From: Felis catus
Lineage: Eukaryota
Direction of reading: 5' to 3'
Length of the DNA stretch: 64,000 nucleotides
Assembly (NCBI RefSeq): GCF_018350175.1
Contig: NC_058373.1
Span: 5,580,001-5,644,000, forward strand
A program made the translations under genes and the position numbers. Below are positions 10,301 through 21,000 of this stretch, piece after piece. Below the pieces are notes generated by a model, which ran no database searches, was not told the DNA's origin, and saw only the letters and a program-made list of their open reading frames with translations. The first letter of the stretch is position 1. Each line of letters starts with the position of its first letter.

Positions 10301-11476
10301 CGGAGAAAACTAGAGCCTGGCTCTCTACTCCCGTCAACCCTCTCTCTCAATTAGGATGGTTTCTGACCTGCAGAGCTGACCCTCTCTCCGTAGGGGTCAC
10401 ATCTCGCACTGTGGGTGGCCCCTTGCATAGATGACGGTGGAGATAAGAGGAGATGGAGAGATGGCTGACCCAGCTGGTGATTTTTTTCTTTTAATTCCCC
10501 CCCCCCCCCCCGCCCCCAGAATCTTCCTTGGAAAAAAACTCTATTAGCCTGTTCTCATCTCAACTCCGGTGAAATCTGGGAAGGGTGGGGGCAATGGTGA
10601 CTTCCGGTCACTTTTTTTTCTTGTTAGCTAACTGTGGAGATTCCCACCCTAACCCCAAGACGAACTGGAACGGAGATGTCTCAGCTGCTAGTAGCTCAGC
10701 CCAGGTTGTAGTCCAGCCTAACGAGACCCAGGGGCTGGGAGCCCGACGGGGGGACCATTCCCAGAGTCAAAGCTGCAGGTGCCCTCTTACGCGCAGTGTT
10801 GTGAGTGAGTGAACCGGGTGCTTACCGCTCTCATACTTGCAGTTGGTCAGGTTGATGGCCAGGGGTCTGGAATGAAGGAACAGTAGAAATCAGGCAGAGT
10901 GGGATGAAGGACAGACCCTGGGCTGCCAGGCACCCGGAGGAAGAGACACCCAACACATCTACAATGCAGTTCGTTTAAAAGCCACGGAAGACCAGGATGA
11001 TAGAGACATGCTAAGTCTGCAAACCAAGCCAGCTCAAATGGTTCTGGATTTTGTGTTTTTCTCGTTCCAGAAGGTTAATGATGTTCCTGTATTCCCGGTC
11101 CTCTTTCGCAGATTAAAGGGAAGACCCCGGCTGCTGAAGGGAGGCTGGGGGTGGCTCTCTTCTGGAGCCAGGCAGGTGGCGGGGGTGGAGGGGGGTGTCG
11201 TCCAGGGACCCGTTACCTGTGTTTCCGCCTTCTCTTTCTCCTTCTAACTTCTAAGTCATCTGAGTCAGTTGGGGCTATGATTTTCTTTGGAATTTTCTTG
11301 GCTACAACAGATAAGGGAACTCCATCCCCAAATTCCTTATAGTCAGCCTTTGGAAGTTCCTGCTGAGAAGAGTTAGAAGGGATGGTAGCTTCCTCTTTAA
11401 CACACTCCTCCCCAGAGTCCTCTTCTTCAACGTAGTCTTCCTCTGATTCACTGGTCTTACAGGTATCTGGCTCCAT
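1120..11476 (-). CDS. TTLL13: Tubulin polyglutamylase TTLL13, complete spliced CDS (14 coding exons, 2478 nt, 825 aa)
   Basis: Exons 11217-11476, 10826-10866, 9992-10110, 8372-8502, 7985-8141, 6994-7137, 6545-6630, 6013-6244, 5343-5527, 3560-3745, 3084-3264, 2627-2806, 1724-2042, 1120-1376; all GT-AG and phase-consistent; TTL-domain motifs KINHFPGM, ICQQYI, KFDMRIYV, MHLTNYAINK, FEILGFDILLD..KPWLLEVNHSPS. Confidence 0.93.
1724..2042 (-). CDS. TTLL13: TTLL13 coding exon 13 (PRFHQDGLGSQELQ...ARVRLSS)
   Basis: TCTAG|CCT...C|GTAAGT, 319 nt. Confidence 0.87.
2627..2806 (-). CDS. TTLL13: TTLL13 coding exon 12 (LLPVHVDTMHPQEIVEEEELERMKALLQRE...HEYR)
   Basis: CGCAG|CTG...CGG|GTGAGG, 180 nt. Confidence 0.88.
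3084..3264 (-). CDS. TTLL13: TTLL13 coding exon 11 (QQLEEIRLKQEQQE...RNQEKE)
   Basis: GTCAG|A...GAG|GTGCCC (weak donor), 181 nt. Confidence 0.82.
3560..3745 (-). CDS. TTLL13: TTLL13 coding exon 10 (REQTELSQ...HLGGYRRIYPGP...FQETAASKAREECA)
   Basis: CCTAG|G...AG|GTACTT, 186 nt. Confidence 0.9.
4685..4903 (+). mobile_element. CanSINE (felid SINEC)
   Basis: GGGGCnCCTGGGTGG head, tRNA-like A/B boxes, (CT)n, A-rich tail. Confidence 0.85.
5343..5527 (-). CDS. TTLL13: TTLL13 coding exon 9 (VNHSPSFTTDSRLDREVK...QPREA)
   Basis: GCAG|GTA...AG|GTGGGC, 185 nt. Confidence 0.92.
6013..6244 (-). CDS. TTLL13: TTLL13 coding exon 8 (KLSTLNAWL...FEILGFDILLDHKLKPWLLE)
   Basis: ACAG|G...GAG|GTGAGG, 232 nt. 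Confidence 0.92.
6545..6630 (-). CDS. TTLL13: TTLL13 coding exon 7 (DDVCMHLTNYAINKHNENF...GSK)
   Basis: CCCAG|GAT...AG|GTACTC, 86 nt. Confidence 0.92.
6994..7137 (-). CDS. TTLL13: TTLL13 coding exon 6 (PFLIDGFKFDMRIYVLITSCDPLR...NNSNL)
   Basis: TCAG|CCC...CTG|GTAAGG, 144 nt. Confidence 0.92.
7341..7803 (+). mobile_element. Two tandem CanSINEs (7341-7580, 7583-7803)
   Basis: Two heads and tails; near-identical flanks AAATTG(C/T)CCAAGAT bracket the pair. Confidence 0.88.
7985..8141 (-). CDS. TTLL13: TTLL13 coding exon 5 (YGDFQSY...CKPDSGCQGRGIFI...CQQYISK)
   Basis: ACAG|C...AAG|GTGAAG, 157 nt. Confidence 0.92.
8372..8502 (-). CDS. TTLL13: TTLL13 coding exon 4 (KINHFPGMTEICRKDLL...RTWCLPA)
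   Basis: ACAG|AAA...GA|GTGAGC, 131 nt. Confidence 0.92.
9202..9618 (-). mobile_element. Two tandem CanSINEs
   Basis: Poly-T, (GA)n, ...CACCCAGGCACCCC ends at ~9412 and ~9618. Confidence 0.85.
9992..10110 (-). CDS. TTLL13: TTLL13 coding exon 3 (RRAAQMCGLKEVGEDEEWTVYWTDCSVSLERVMDMKRFQ)
   Basis: GCAG|TG...CAG|GTACAA, 119 nt. Confidence 0.92.
10826..10866 (-). CDS. TTLL13: TTLL13 coding exon 2 (PLAINLTNCKYES)
   Basis: CCAG|A...G|GTAAGC, 41 nt. Confidence 0.9.
11217..11476 (-). CDS. TTLL13: TTLL13 coding exon 1 (MEPDTCKTSESEEDY...RRKRRRKHR)
   Basis: Acceptor CTCAG| at 11487, ATG 11476, donor AG|GTAA. Confidence 0.9.
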
Positions 11477-11949
11477 CCTCTTAGATTCTGAGGGGAGGGG
11501 GTGAGAGTGAAATATATGTCAGCACTTCCTTCCTCCAGGCCGTGCAGGAGTCACAAAAAGCCCCTTCGTGTTATAAGGGAACATTGCTGCGCCTTCCGAA
11601 CAGGACAATCCCAGTGCAGAATGCGATGTGTTCCTAGTAGGTAATGGAGGCTTGGGGTGGGGGTGGGGATGGGGGCAATGCCTGTGAGATGTTGGATTCC
11701 CCGACAAGCCGTGATCACCCAAGATCACTACTCCATACAACACATTGGGTTGCAAGTAGAAGCTGGACAGAGCTGGCAGGGATCATGACCATGGCTTTTT
11801 TATTTCTGGGAAGGGGGATGGCTGGGCTCTGGAGCGGACCTTCAATTTTAAAATAGAGCGAAAAACCAAAGGTCCCCTAAGCCGGCCCTTTCCCTGTTCC
11901 GTGACTCGGTTTCTCCATGTGTACACACTGGGGCCAGGCCCTCGATGGC

Positions 11950-12720
11950 TAAGTCCCCTTGGGCTCGGAAGGCGGAGCGGGAGCCCCTGGCGGACACCGC
12001 CCACCCGGGGTTTCGAGGACAGCGGAGGGGCTGCCGGGTCCACCCCTAGCTGCCCGAGGCTGGACTCAGCTGGTCGCTCATGTCAGCCCTTCGCGCGACA
12101 CCTGCTCCTTCCGGGGCGTCGCTGGGCCTCCGGGACCGCCTCCTTGCTCCACAGGACTGGCAGCCTCCGCCGATCGCGAGGGGGAGCCCGCTCCCCTCCC
12201 ACCCCGGGGTTCGCTCCTAGCTGGGAGATCCCGGCGGCTGCGGCGGCGGCGGCGCCTCCTGGAGCTAGCCGGCAGCCGCCGCCGCCGTCGCCATGGACAC
12301 GGGGGCGGTCCCCATTGGAGCGGCGTTCTGGGGGCGGGGCCTTCCCGGGAACCACACCCACTTGGGCGCCCGCCGAGGCCATCTTGCTCCCCCGCGCTGA
12401 AGGCCTGTCGCCAGCGCTGGCGGGGGAGGTGCGGGCCGCCTGCGGCCTCGGGGGGGGCCCGGCCTCCGCGGCCGCCGACGGGGCTCATCGGCTGGGACGT
12501 GGAGTCCTTCCGCTTTCGCGCCGATTCACGCGCGCCTCACCCCAGGCTATCTCGATCCCGCGGGCCGAGCCCGGAGCTTGGTTTAACTCTGTGCTCGGGA
12601 AAAGTACCTGCTGGCCTTCCCTGAGCTTTAGTAAGCGTGTGTCGCGCCGTCCCCGCCCTCCGGAGGGGCGGCCGTGCTTAGTGCCCACCCTGGCGGGCTT
12701 AGCCAGCTCCGCCGAGTGAC
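11950..12720 (-). promoter_or_regulatory. TTLL13: CpG island, putative TTLL13 promoter/first non-coding exon
   Basis: CpG-dense; X-box-like GTCGCCATGGACAC 12287-12300, CCAAT on minus (12314-12318), GC boxes 12301-12310 and 12331-12340, YY1 GCCATCTT 12378-12385; lies 0.5-1.2 kb upstream of coding exon 1. Confidence 0.65.
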
Positions 12721-13074
12721 AGAACGGCCTCCTCCTCGTAGCGCTCCTTCACTGCTCTTCCTGGCGTCCTCACGCTGACTTCTGCTCGCCACCCCCACCG
12801 GACCCCGTCCAACTTGTCACTGTAAGGCTGTCCCGTGTGCCTAAATCTGGGGGACACTTCAGTCTCCTTCCCTTAGACGTGGACATTTTCTAAATGACAC
12901 ATTTCTTGCTGTTCCTTCAGCACAGAATATTCTATTACTCCCCTCTTGAAATAATTTGGAGGCTCTTGGCTTCCAGGACTATCATTTTTTCTCATTCTTT
13001 CCAAATATTTAGCGTTCCAGGCACTATTCTAGGACTTGAACGTGTCTTGCCTGAATTGCCACCAGGCAGCACCT

Positions 13075-13232
13075 TTTTTTTTTTTTTTTTGAGAAAGCAT
13101 CAGAGGAGGGACAGAGAGAGGGAGGCACAAATCCCAAACGGCTTCTCACTGCCAGTGCATGAACTGAGATCATGACCTGAGCGGGAGATCAAGAATCCAT
13201 GCTCAACGGACTGACCAACCACGCAGCAACCT
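13075..13232 (-). mobile_element. Degenerate CanSINE
   Basis: Poly-T then GAGATCATGACCTGAGC core. Confidence 0.7.
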
Positions 13233-13939
13233 CTTAATCGGACTCCCAGTTGTTCTCCCTCCCCCCTACCCCCCTCCCCCGCCACCCCGCACCCATCCGT
13301 TCAGCTTAAGTATTCTTGCTAAAATGCAAATTTGTTACTCCCCAGTTTAAAACTCTTCAAGGTTTCCCATTAGATCAAATCCCCAACCCCTTCATTACAC
13401 AGGTCATCAAAAAGCAAGCAGAGTTGGCAGGCCTGGGCTGGACCATCCCTTCCTATCTATGGTGTGCACAAAGCCCAGGGCGGAGTACAAAGTGGCCCCT
13501 AAGTGCTCCACACTTAAGCGGAGAAAAAGCTTCTAAGTCCCTTCCCTCACAATTCATGAACTCCATAAAACAGCTGAGAAGTACCGCCATAAAGAAACCT
13601 ATTTGACTTTCTCCCCCCTTCTCAAGGAAAAACTTGGTTTGGCCTGAGAAGGCATTCCTCTGAACAGCCGTCCGGGGGAAACTCCTGGTATTTGGGCGCA
13701 TCACCTGGGATACAAAATCCACTCTGTGCTAACGGTCATCTGTACTTCCTTCAAACTGGGCAAGCAAAGCAAGGTGGCGCTCTTGGAGTTTGCACAGGCA
13801 AAGACTTGCAGAAAGAAGCGTAAGCTAAAATTACGGCAAGGTGCTAAAAAGAGGAAGCCGACCCAAATTCTATAGGAATTCAAATGTTAAACATGTAATA
13901 TTTCAATTTAAATGTTAAACGGTTCTTTCACAAAATTAA

Positions 13940-14344
13940 AAAAAATATATTTATTTATTTAGAGACAGTGAGTGAGCAGGGGAGAGGCAGAGAGAGAGGG
14001 GGGACAGAGGACCCGAAAGGTGCTCTGTGCTGACAACAGACAGCCCGATGTGTGGCTCAAACTCACGAACTGTGAGATCATGACCTGAGCTGAAGTCAGA
14101 TGCTTAACCAACTGGGCCACCCAGGCGCCCCTAAAAAAATTTTTTTTAATGTTTATTTATTTTTGAGAGAGAGAGAGAGAGAGAATGAGCAGGGGAGGGA
14201 GAGTGGGAGACACAAAATCTGAAGCAGGGTCTAGGCTCCCAGCTGTCAGCACATAGCTCTACGCGGGGCTCGAACTCACGAACTGCGAGATCATGACTTG
14301 AGCTGAAGTCAGACGCTTAACTGACTGAGCCCCCTAGGCACCCC
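13940..14344 (-). mobile_element. Two tandem CanSINEs
   Basis: Heads at ~14131 and ~14344. Confidence 0.85.
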
Positions 14345-15102
14345 TAAACTGTTCTTCTTACGAACTTTTACTTGTACATATTCTGCCTTATCTCAATGAG
14401 ACTTTATAACATCTTTTGGGATATAAAACACCTAAAGTTCTACATAAAAGCTTCATACAGGCCTGAAGAGAGGAAGCCAACTATCCAGGGACGGGAACCT
14501 CAGCTCAGCGCCTGGCCTGTCAACTGCTAAGGACGACACCATTAAGGGAGCAGTTGCCTAGAGAGGCAGTCACAAGGGCACAACCCGGGCTTCTGACACC
14601 TGACCGCCCGTGCTACAGTCCCCACTCCACTACTTGAGAGCTGTCTGGCCTTGGGCAAGCTGCAAAACCTGTCAGCCTCCGGCTCCTCATCTGTTAAGTG
14701 TTAAATGGCGGTACTCAAGTTGTGAGGACAACTTATGATGTAGATGAGGAATATTCAACTCAGGGCTGAGGGCTGGAGGAAAATTCAAGGGTGGCCTGGG
14801 AGGGGAAGGTGCTGTAAGCAGGGCCGAACAGACGGGAGGGATGAAGAAATGATAACCAGTGGGGGGTGGGCGACGGGAGAATAAGCAGACAGGCGAGAGC
14901 AGAGGAAGCGGGGGCACAGTGCCAGAGGCACATGAACTATCACTCTGCCAGGACGTGACCGGAAGGGAAAAGTCCAGATACAAAGTCAGGAGTACGGAAC
15001 TCTTGCGCATCCTCCCTTCTCAGTGACAGGTTTGACATCCCTGAGGCTTGTCCAAGACGGAAGGTGAGAAGCAGATACATGCACGGAGGCTCATTTGTTC
15101 GA

Positions 15103-15108
15103 TTTATT
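15103..15108 (-). terminator. GDPGP1: Proximal poly(A) signal AATAAA for GDPGP1
   Basis: TTTATT on + strand, ~165 nt downstream of the GDPGP1 stop. Confidence 0.5.
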
Positions 15109-15270
15109 CTAACGTTTCTTCTCTTTAAAGAGGCCACGTGTCAATTCTTTACCTGTCCCCTTAGGCTGAGACAGGTAAGAAGGCAGTCACAGAAATGCCC
15201 AAACGGCCCCTGTGGACGGCTCTCTGGAAAGGGACTTAGACCGGGTAGAAAATAAATACTTCCGGAAGGA

Positions 15271-16431
15271 TTACTGCTCGTCCTGGGCTATCAAGGCCAC
15301 TAGCGCTGCCCGGACCTCTTCTGCCTGGGCGGGGGGCAGCAGACAGTCTTGAATGAGGGCCAGAGCAGCCGCCTCTGTCAGACTGCTGAAATCCTGGGAC
15401 GTCTTGACAGGGAGGTGCCCGGCCAGCTCACAGAGGGCAACATTGAACGCCTCGCCTTCCTTTACCCCAAAACTGGACTTCCGGGCCCACAGAATCACTC
15501 GGACCCCCGTGAGAGCCGAGGAGGGTGATGTCTTTCCAGGTGGGGCCCCCCGCGTCACAAACAAATTATGGGCGATCTCGCGGTCAGTCAGATAGTCGGT
15601 GGCCCGACATACCCTGCCTATCAAGGCTTCCAAGTCAGGCCCCGGCCCGCTAGTGTAAAAGAGGAAGCCGGGCGCTGGGACGGCCTGGAGGAGGTGCAGA
15701 TGCCCCCCGGGGTCCAGGGGCTCGCTCGGTGCTCCCTCCACAGGCAGTCTGTGGGCCAGGTAATACCCGTGCAGGTGGAGGTGGTTCACTGAGGCCAAGC
15801 CACCCAGGCTGTTGAAGCCGACGCGGAAGCCTGGGTGTGAGCTCAGCAGCACAGCCTCGACCCCGGCCCGCAGCGCACCGGGCAGCAGGCGCTGGGGGAG
15901 CCCACGGGTGGGCTCGGGCACCAGCAGCACGTGGCCCCACTCCAAGGGGCTGACATTGATCATTACGAGGATGTCCTCTTGCTGGAGAGCGCCTGGCAGA
16001 TCGGGCTCCCGGAGCAGACGGAAGAGGACTTCTCCTGGCCGGATCTTGTTGAAGTTAAACAGCGCAGGGTCAAACGCCTGCTTCACACTACTGATGCTCT
16101 GGGGGCGCCTCCTCTGCGCACCTCGCTCCACGTTCAGCTGAGCCACAAAACCCACGGCACCGGGGAGGGTTTGGGTCTGCAGCTCCCCCAGGCGGTAGCG
16201 GAACAGCCCCAGCTCCACCCGCTGCCTCCAGGCGGAGCAGAGCACAGAGTCGAAGCGAGAGGGTGGTACCGTGTCCTCCGGGAGGCCGGGCGCGTCCCTC
16301 GGCCACTGAATCCCTTCCAGCACCAGCTCCTCTTGCCCGTAGACAAAGTCAGGAATGCCATGCCCTTCCCAGTCCTTACTGTTTGGAGGCAGCAAATAGG
16401 AAGTCTCGTGTGAATCGTGTGGAACGGCCAT
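15271..16431 (-). CDS. GDPGP1: GDP-D-glucose phosphorylase 1 (VTC2-like HIT-family), single coding exon, 386 aa
   Basis: Uninterrupted [19 protein letters not shown]...[20 protein letters not shown]...[11 protein letters not shown]; HLHLH HIT motif; acceptor TTACAG| at 16440, 9 nt before the ATG. Confidence 0.96.
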   Translation of the reverse strand: MAVPHDSHETSYLLPPNSKDWEGHGIPDFVYGQEELVLEGIQWPRDAPGLPEDTVPPSRFDSVLCSAWRQRVELGLFRYRLGELQTQTLPGAVGFVAQLNVERGAQRRRPQSISSVKQAFDPALFNFNKIRPGEVLFRLLREPDLPGALQQEDILVMINVSPLEWGHVLLVPEPTRGLPQRLLPGALRAGVEAVLLSSHPGFRVGFNSLGGLASVNHLHLHGYYLAHRLPVEGAPSEPLDPGGHLHLLQAVPAPGFLFYTSGPGPDLEALIGRVCRATDYLTDREIAHNLFVTRGAPPGKTSPSSALTGVRVILWARKSSFGVKEGEAFNVALCELAGHLPVKTSQDFSSLTEAAALALIQDCLLPPAQAEEVRAALVALIAQDEQ

Positions 16432-16693
16432 GGGGCTGACCTGTAACAGTCATAAGAGGTGAAAGATACATGATGCTAACCCATCTCCAGAGACTGTATT
16501 TTTATTTTCAAAGAAATTTCACTTTTTGTTCTGATTACAAAACTAATAGATGCCTTTGGGAAAAGATGTCGAAAACACGAAATCACTCATGATTCCATCG
16601 CCTACACGTTAGCATTCATTTTTGCTGCATTAAAATATACATGTTCTTTCTAAAAGTTACGTATATTGAATAAACTTTCTCCCTCCCCCTCCC

Positions 16694-16990
16694 TTTTTTA
16701 TGTTTCTTTTGTTTTTTATTTTTGAGAGAGAGAGACAGAGTGTGAGCAAGGGAGGGGCCGAGAGAGACACACACAGAACCCGAAGCAGGCTCCAGGCTCT
16801 GAGCATAGAGCCTGACGTGGGGCTCTAACTCACAAACTGCGAGATCATGACCTGACCCCATGTAGGAGGCTTAACCAACTGAGCCACCCAGGTGCCCCTC
16901 TCTTTCTCTCTTTCAAGTCCCAATGTGGGAACTGGACTCATGACCCTGAGATCAAGAGTCAGATGTTAACTGACTCAGCCACCCAAGCGT
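16694..16990 (-). mobile_element. CanSINE plus short older SINE
   Basis: Heads at ~16898 and ~16990. Confidence 0.8.
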
Positions 16991-17697
16991 CTTGTCAACT
17001 TTCTTGAGTAGAGAAGCAAACAGAGCTAAAATACAACACTTGATTCCAACACCTGGGGGGAAAATCACCATTTACATTCAGCCTTATTTTCATATATAGA
17101 TGAACTTTGATTTTTAACCAATCTTAATTATGCATATAGGTTGTTGCTAATTTCATACCTGTTGCAACGAACATCCTGTGTATCTGTTTCCAGACATGTT
17201 TTTATTTTCCTTTAAGATAAAATCACAGTAAACTCCTGGGTCAGAGTAGGCCCGTGCATGGCTCAGGCTTTTGATACATTATCAAAGGGCCCTACAGAAA
17301 ACTGAAACAGCATTCTTTTGTATAAGAATGGCCAAGGTTTCAAAGCTGACCACTCCTTTTACAAGAACAGCCTTTCCACTGTTCAGTAGTGATTCCAAAT
17401 GGCCACGCAGAGAGCCATTTGGGTGTGGACGTGCGTAAGCACCAGGGTCGATCCTTCAAGGGGGAAATGCATGGTTGTCTCCCATCTCCCACGCGGCCCT
17501 TGGAGCCCTGTGGACCCAGGTGTCCGGGAGAAGGGCCTGCTGTTGGCTCAGGACCTCACAAGGAGGCTTACCTCAGTAGAGTTGCTTCAGCTCAAGTTTG
17601 GGCTTCCTCAGCTCTTCCGGTCCAGAAACTTCATATTAATGAAACAGAAAGGAAACATTAAAAAACATACAAAATTACATACCAAAGGTCTAGTTCA

Positions 17698-17887
17698 GGG
17701 GCGCCAGGGTGGCTCAGTCAGGTGTCTGACTCCTGATTGCGGCTCAGGTCATGATCTCACAGTTCAAGGGCTCTGAGCTGATGCAAAGAACCTGCTTGGG
17801 ATTCTCTCTCTGCCCTTTTCCTGCTCACAGATGCACACGTGCACTCTTTCTCTCTCTCAAAAATAAATAAATAAACTTAAAAAAAAG
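17698..17887 (+). mobile_element. CanSINE
   Basis: Head GGGGCGCCAGGGTGGCTCAG, A tail. Confidence 0.85.
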
Positions 17888-18060
17888 GTCAAGCTTAATA
17901 GGTCTAGAATTTCAATTTTGTAGCTGAGAAAATTGAAATCTACCCCAGAAACCAAGAGCACACTTTACACACTGTATGTTAGCCAATTTGACAATTAAAA
18001 AAAAAAAAAAAAAGAAATGGTTAAGATGGTAAATCTTATGCTGTTACCACAATAACAAGT

Positions 18061-18527
18061 CTTTTTTTTTTTTTTTTTAAGTTGATTTCTTTACTTTGAG
18101 AGAGAGAAACATAGCAGAGCCTGAAATGAGGCTAGAACCCATGAACCGTGAGATCATGACCTCAGGTGAAATTAAGAGTCAGGTTAACCAACTGAGCCAC
18201 CCAGGCCTCCCACCACAATAACAAATCTTTTTCTTTTAATTTTTTAAAACAATTTCCATTAAAATTTTTTTCTTTTTTTTTTTGTTTTTAAAGTTTATTT
18301 ATTTTTGAGACAGAGAGAGAGAGCACGAACGGGGGAGGGGCAGAGAAAGAGGGCGACACAGAATCGGAAGCAGGCTCCAGGCTCTGAGCCATCAGCCCAG
18401 AGCCCGACGCGGGGCTCGAACTCACGGACCGCGAGATCGTGACCTGAGCTGAAGTTGGACGCTTAACCGACTGAGCCACCCAGGCGCCCCTAAAATTTTT
18501 TTCTTTAATGTTTATTTATTTGAGAGA

Positions 18528-18558
<31 letters not shown>

Positions 18559-18950
18559 CAAGAGAGAGAGAGAGAGAGAGCGCATGAGCAGGGGAGGGGC
18601 AGAGAGAGAGAGGGAGACACAATTTGAAACAGGCTCCAGGCTCTGACCTGTCAGCACAGAGCCCGATGAGGGGTTCAAACTCATGGACCACAAGATCATG
18701 ACCTGAGCCGAAGTCGGACACTCAACCGACTGAGCCACCCAGGCGCCCCCGTTTTAATTTATTTTTGAAAGAGAGAATGAGCGGGGGAGGGGCAGAGAGA
18801 GAGGGGGACAAAGGACCCTAAATGGGCCTCCAATTCACGAACCATGAGATCACGACCTGAGCCCAAGTCAAACACCACCCAGGTGCCCCTGGAGCATGTG
18901 ATTCTTGATCCTGGGGTTGTAAGTTTGAGCCCCACATTGAGTGTAGAGAT
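18061..18950 (-). mobile_element. Stack of five minus-strand CanSINEs
   Basis: Heads at ~18210, 18490, 18749, 18889 plus a short element to ~18950. Confidence 0.82.
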
Positions 18951-18954
18951 TACA

Positions 18955-19680
18955 ACTCAAAGTAGAGGCTCAAACAGATATTTGTACACCTGTGTTCACA
19001 GCAGCATTTTTCACAGCAGCCAAAGGCAGAAACCACCCAAGTGTCCGCTGACAGATGAAAGGCTAAACAAAATGTGGCACATTCACACAGTGGAGGATTA
19101 CTGAGTTTTACAAAGGAAGGAGATGCTGGCACACGTCACAACATGGATGAACCTGGAGGACGTCATGTTCAGTGAAATAAGCCAGGAACTAAAGGATGAA
19201 CACTACCATATGATCCCATCTATATTAAGTACTGAGAGCAGTCAAATTCAGAGAGACAGAAAGTAGAATGGTGGCTGTCAGGGGCCGGGAGAGGGAAGAG
19301 GGAGTTTTTTGTTGTTTAATGGTACAGAGTTTCACTGTTGCAAGATAAAAAGAGTCAATCATGTGGTATATTTAACACTACCGTACGATACACTTAGAAA
19401 CAGTTAAGACATCGGGGCACCTGTGGGGCTCAGTCGGTTGAGTGTCTGACTTTGGCTCAGGTCATGATCTCAGGGTTCATGGGTGAGAGCCCCGCATCTG
19501 GCTCTGTGCTGACAGCTCAGAGCCTAGAGTCTGCTTCGGATCCTGTCTCCCTCTCTCTCTGCCCCTCCCTTGCTTGCACTCTGTCTCTCTCTCAAAAATA
19601 GAAATTAAAAAAAAAAAATTAAAAAAATAGTCAAGAGGTGAAATTTTATGCATATTTTGCCACAATTAAAAATAATTTTA
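18955..19680 (+). mobile_element. Old L1 (L1M-type) 3' fragment interrupted by a CanSINE (19414-19628)
   Basis: ACATGGATGAACCTGGAGGAC...GTGAAATAAGCCAG and CACAGCAGCATT...CCCAAGTGTCC motifs typical of L1 ORF2 end/3' UTR. Confidence 0.75.
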
Positions 19681-19893
19681 AGTGAGTCTCAGAAGAGATT
19701 TAAGAAATCCAACACTTTGCTATTTATTTGAGCTATATACTTAAGACTATTCGCGTACTCTCTCCTTCATTCATTTATTCAGGGTCAACGGCCACCTCAC
19801 ACCCACTCCCGATATTCTGGGGGCACCTCTTCCACGCACCTGCTCCATGTTCAGCTGAGCCACAAAATCCAACTATTTAAAGTAACCACTACA

Positions 19894-20023
19894 GGGGCAC
19901 CTGAGCGGCTCAGCTGGTTAAGTGTCCAACTCTTGATCTCAGCTCAGGTCTTGATCTCAGGGTCCTGAGTTCAAGCCCAGTGTTGGGCTGCACGCTGGGC
20001 ATGAAGCCTACCTAAAAAAAAAA
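19894..20023 (+). mobile_element. Short older carnivore SINE
   Basis: tRNA-like head, CTTGATCTCAG repeats, poly-A. Confidence 0.75.
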
Positions 20024-20049
20024 GTAACTGCTACATATGAGGCAATGAG

Positions 20050-21000
20050 GACATAGGAGCAAATAAGGTGAAAAGGGTCCCTATTGTCATAGAATTTATA
20101 TCCTGTGGTAGAGTCAGACAACAAGCAAAATGAACACGGTGATAGTATTCTGTGGGAAATAAACATGATACAAGAGACGGTAACCAAAAGGTGGGATCAG
20201 GGCATCGGACTTCAATAATAGGGCAGGGCTCAGCTCTTTGAGGTGACAGCAGAGTGAAGACACGCAGAATGAGAAAAACCCTGCAATGAAGAGTCGAGGA
20301 GAGTGTATTCTAGGAAAGCAAATAGCGAGTCCAAGGTCCTGAGTCAGGCAGGTGCTTGGTCTATTCAAGAGCAGAAAGGAAGCCACTATTAACTAGAACA
20401 TGGCCAACAGGTGGTGGTGGTGGTGGTGGTGGAATGAGGCTGGGGAGGAAGGCAGGGGCCAGATTAGCTGTAGGGCCTTATGCATCACGGTCAGGAGCTT
20501 GGGTTTTATTCTAAATGAAAAAAGAAATCCCTGGGAGGTTCTAGGCAGAAGGACCATCTGATACTTTATAAACCTTTTTCCCAAATGCCGTGGGGGAAGT
20601 GGATGCAGGGGAGCAAAGCGGAAGGGGACCATTCGGGAGGCGACTCTGACGGCCAGGTGGGCGAAGAGGCAGACTGGCTGGCACAGGTGGCAACAGATGG
20701 AGAGGAGCAGGGGATGTGGGCCCTGCCTGCAGGGCCCAACCAACAGGGCCCGCGACAGGCTGCCTAGGGGCACTGAGGCACAGGGAAGACGTAGGAGGGA
20801 CCTAGCTTCAGAGACAAGGTACACTGCAGTGGCATTTACAGAGCTGGTGGAGCTGATGGTGGGGTGGGGGGTGGGCACAGGCTGATTAGAAAACGGGAGG
20901 ACTGAAGAGGAGGAGCCCAGGAGGGAACCTGGGCATCCGAGACATGGTGTAGACAGCTGACAGTCAAACCTGGAGGTCAAGGGTAAGGTGTGGGCGAGAT
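20050..21000. mobile_element. Degenerate L2-like relic
   Basis: Purine-rich GGAGCTTGGGTTTTATTCT, TTTGAGGTGAC motifs typical of L2 3' regions. Confidence 0.45.

Noticed and set aside
12293-12400. Plus-strand 35-aa ORF with apparently ideal Kozak GCCGTCGCCATGG
   Set aside because: The ATG is the centre of the X-box-like palindrome and the surrounding CCAAT/GC boxes fit a minus-strand promoter; better explained as a regulatory motif
11901-12719. 272-aa and 221-aa plus-strand ORFs in the TTLL13 CpG island
   Set aside because: GC-driven stop depletion, no domain features, no supporting splice structure
18288-18738. Recurrent [16 protein letters not shown]... peptides across the window resembling a gene family
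   Set aside because: These are translations of CanSINE consensus sequence, not genes
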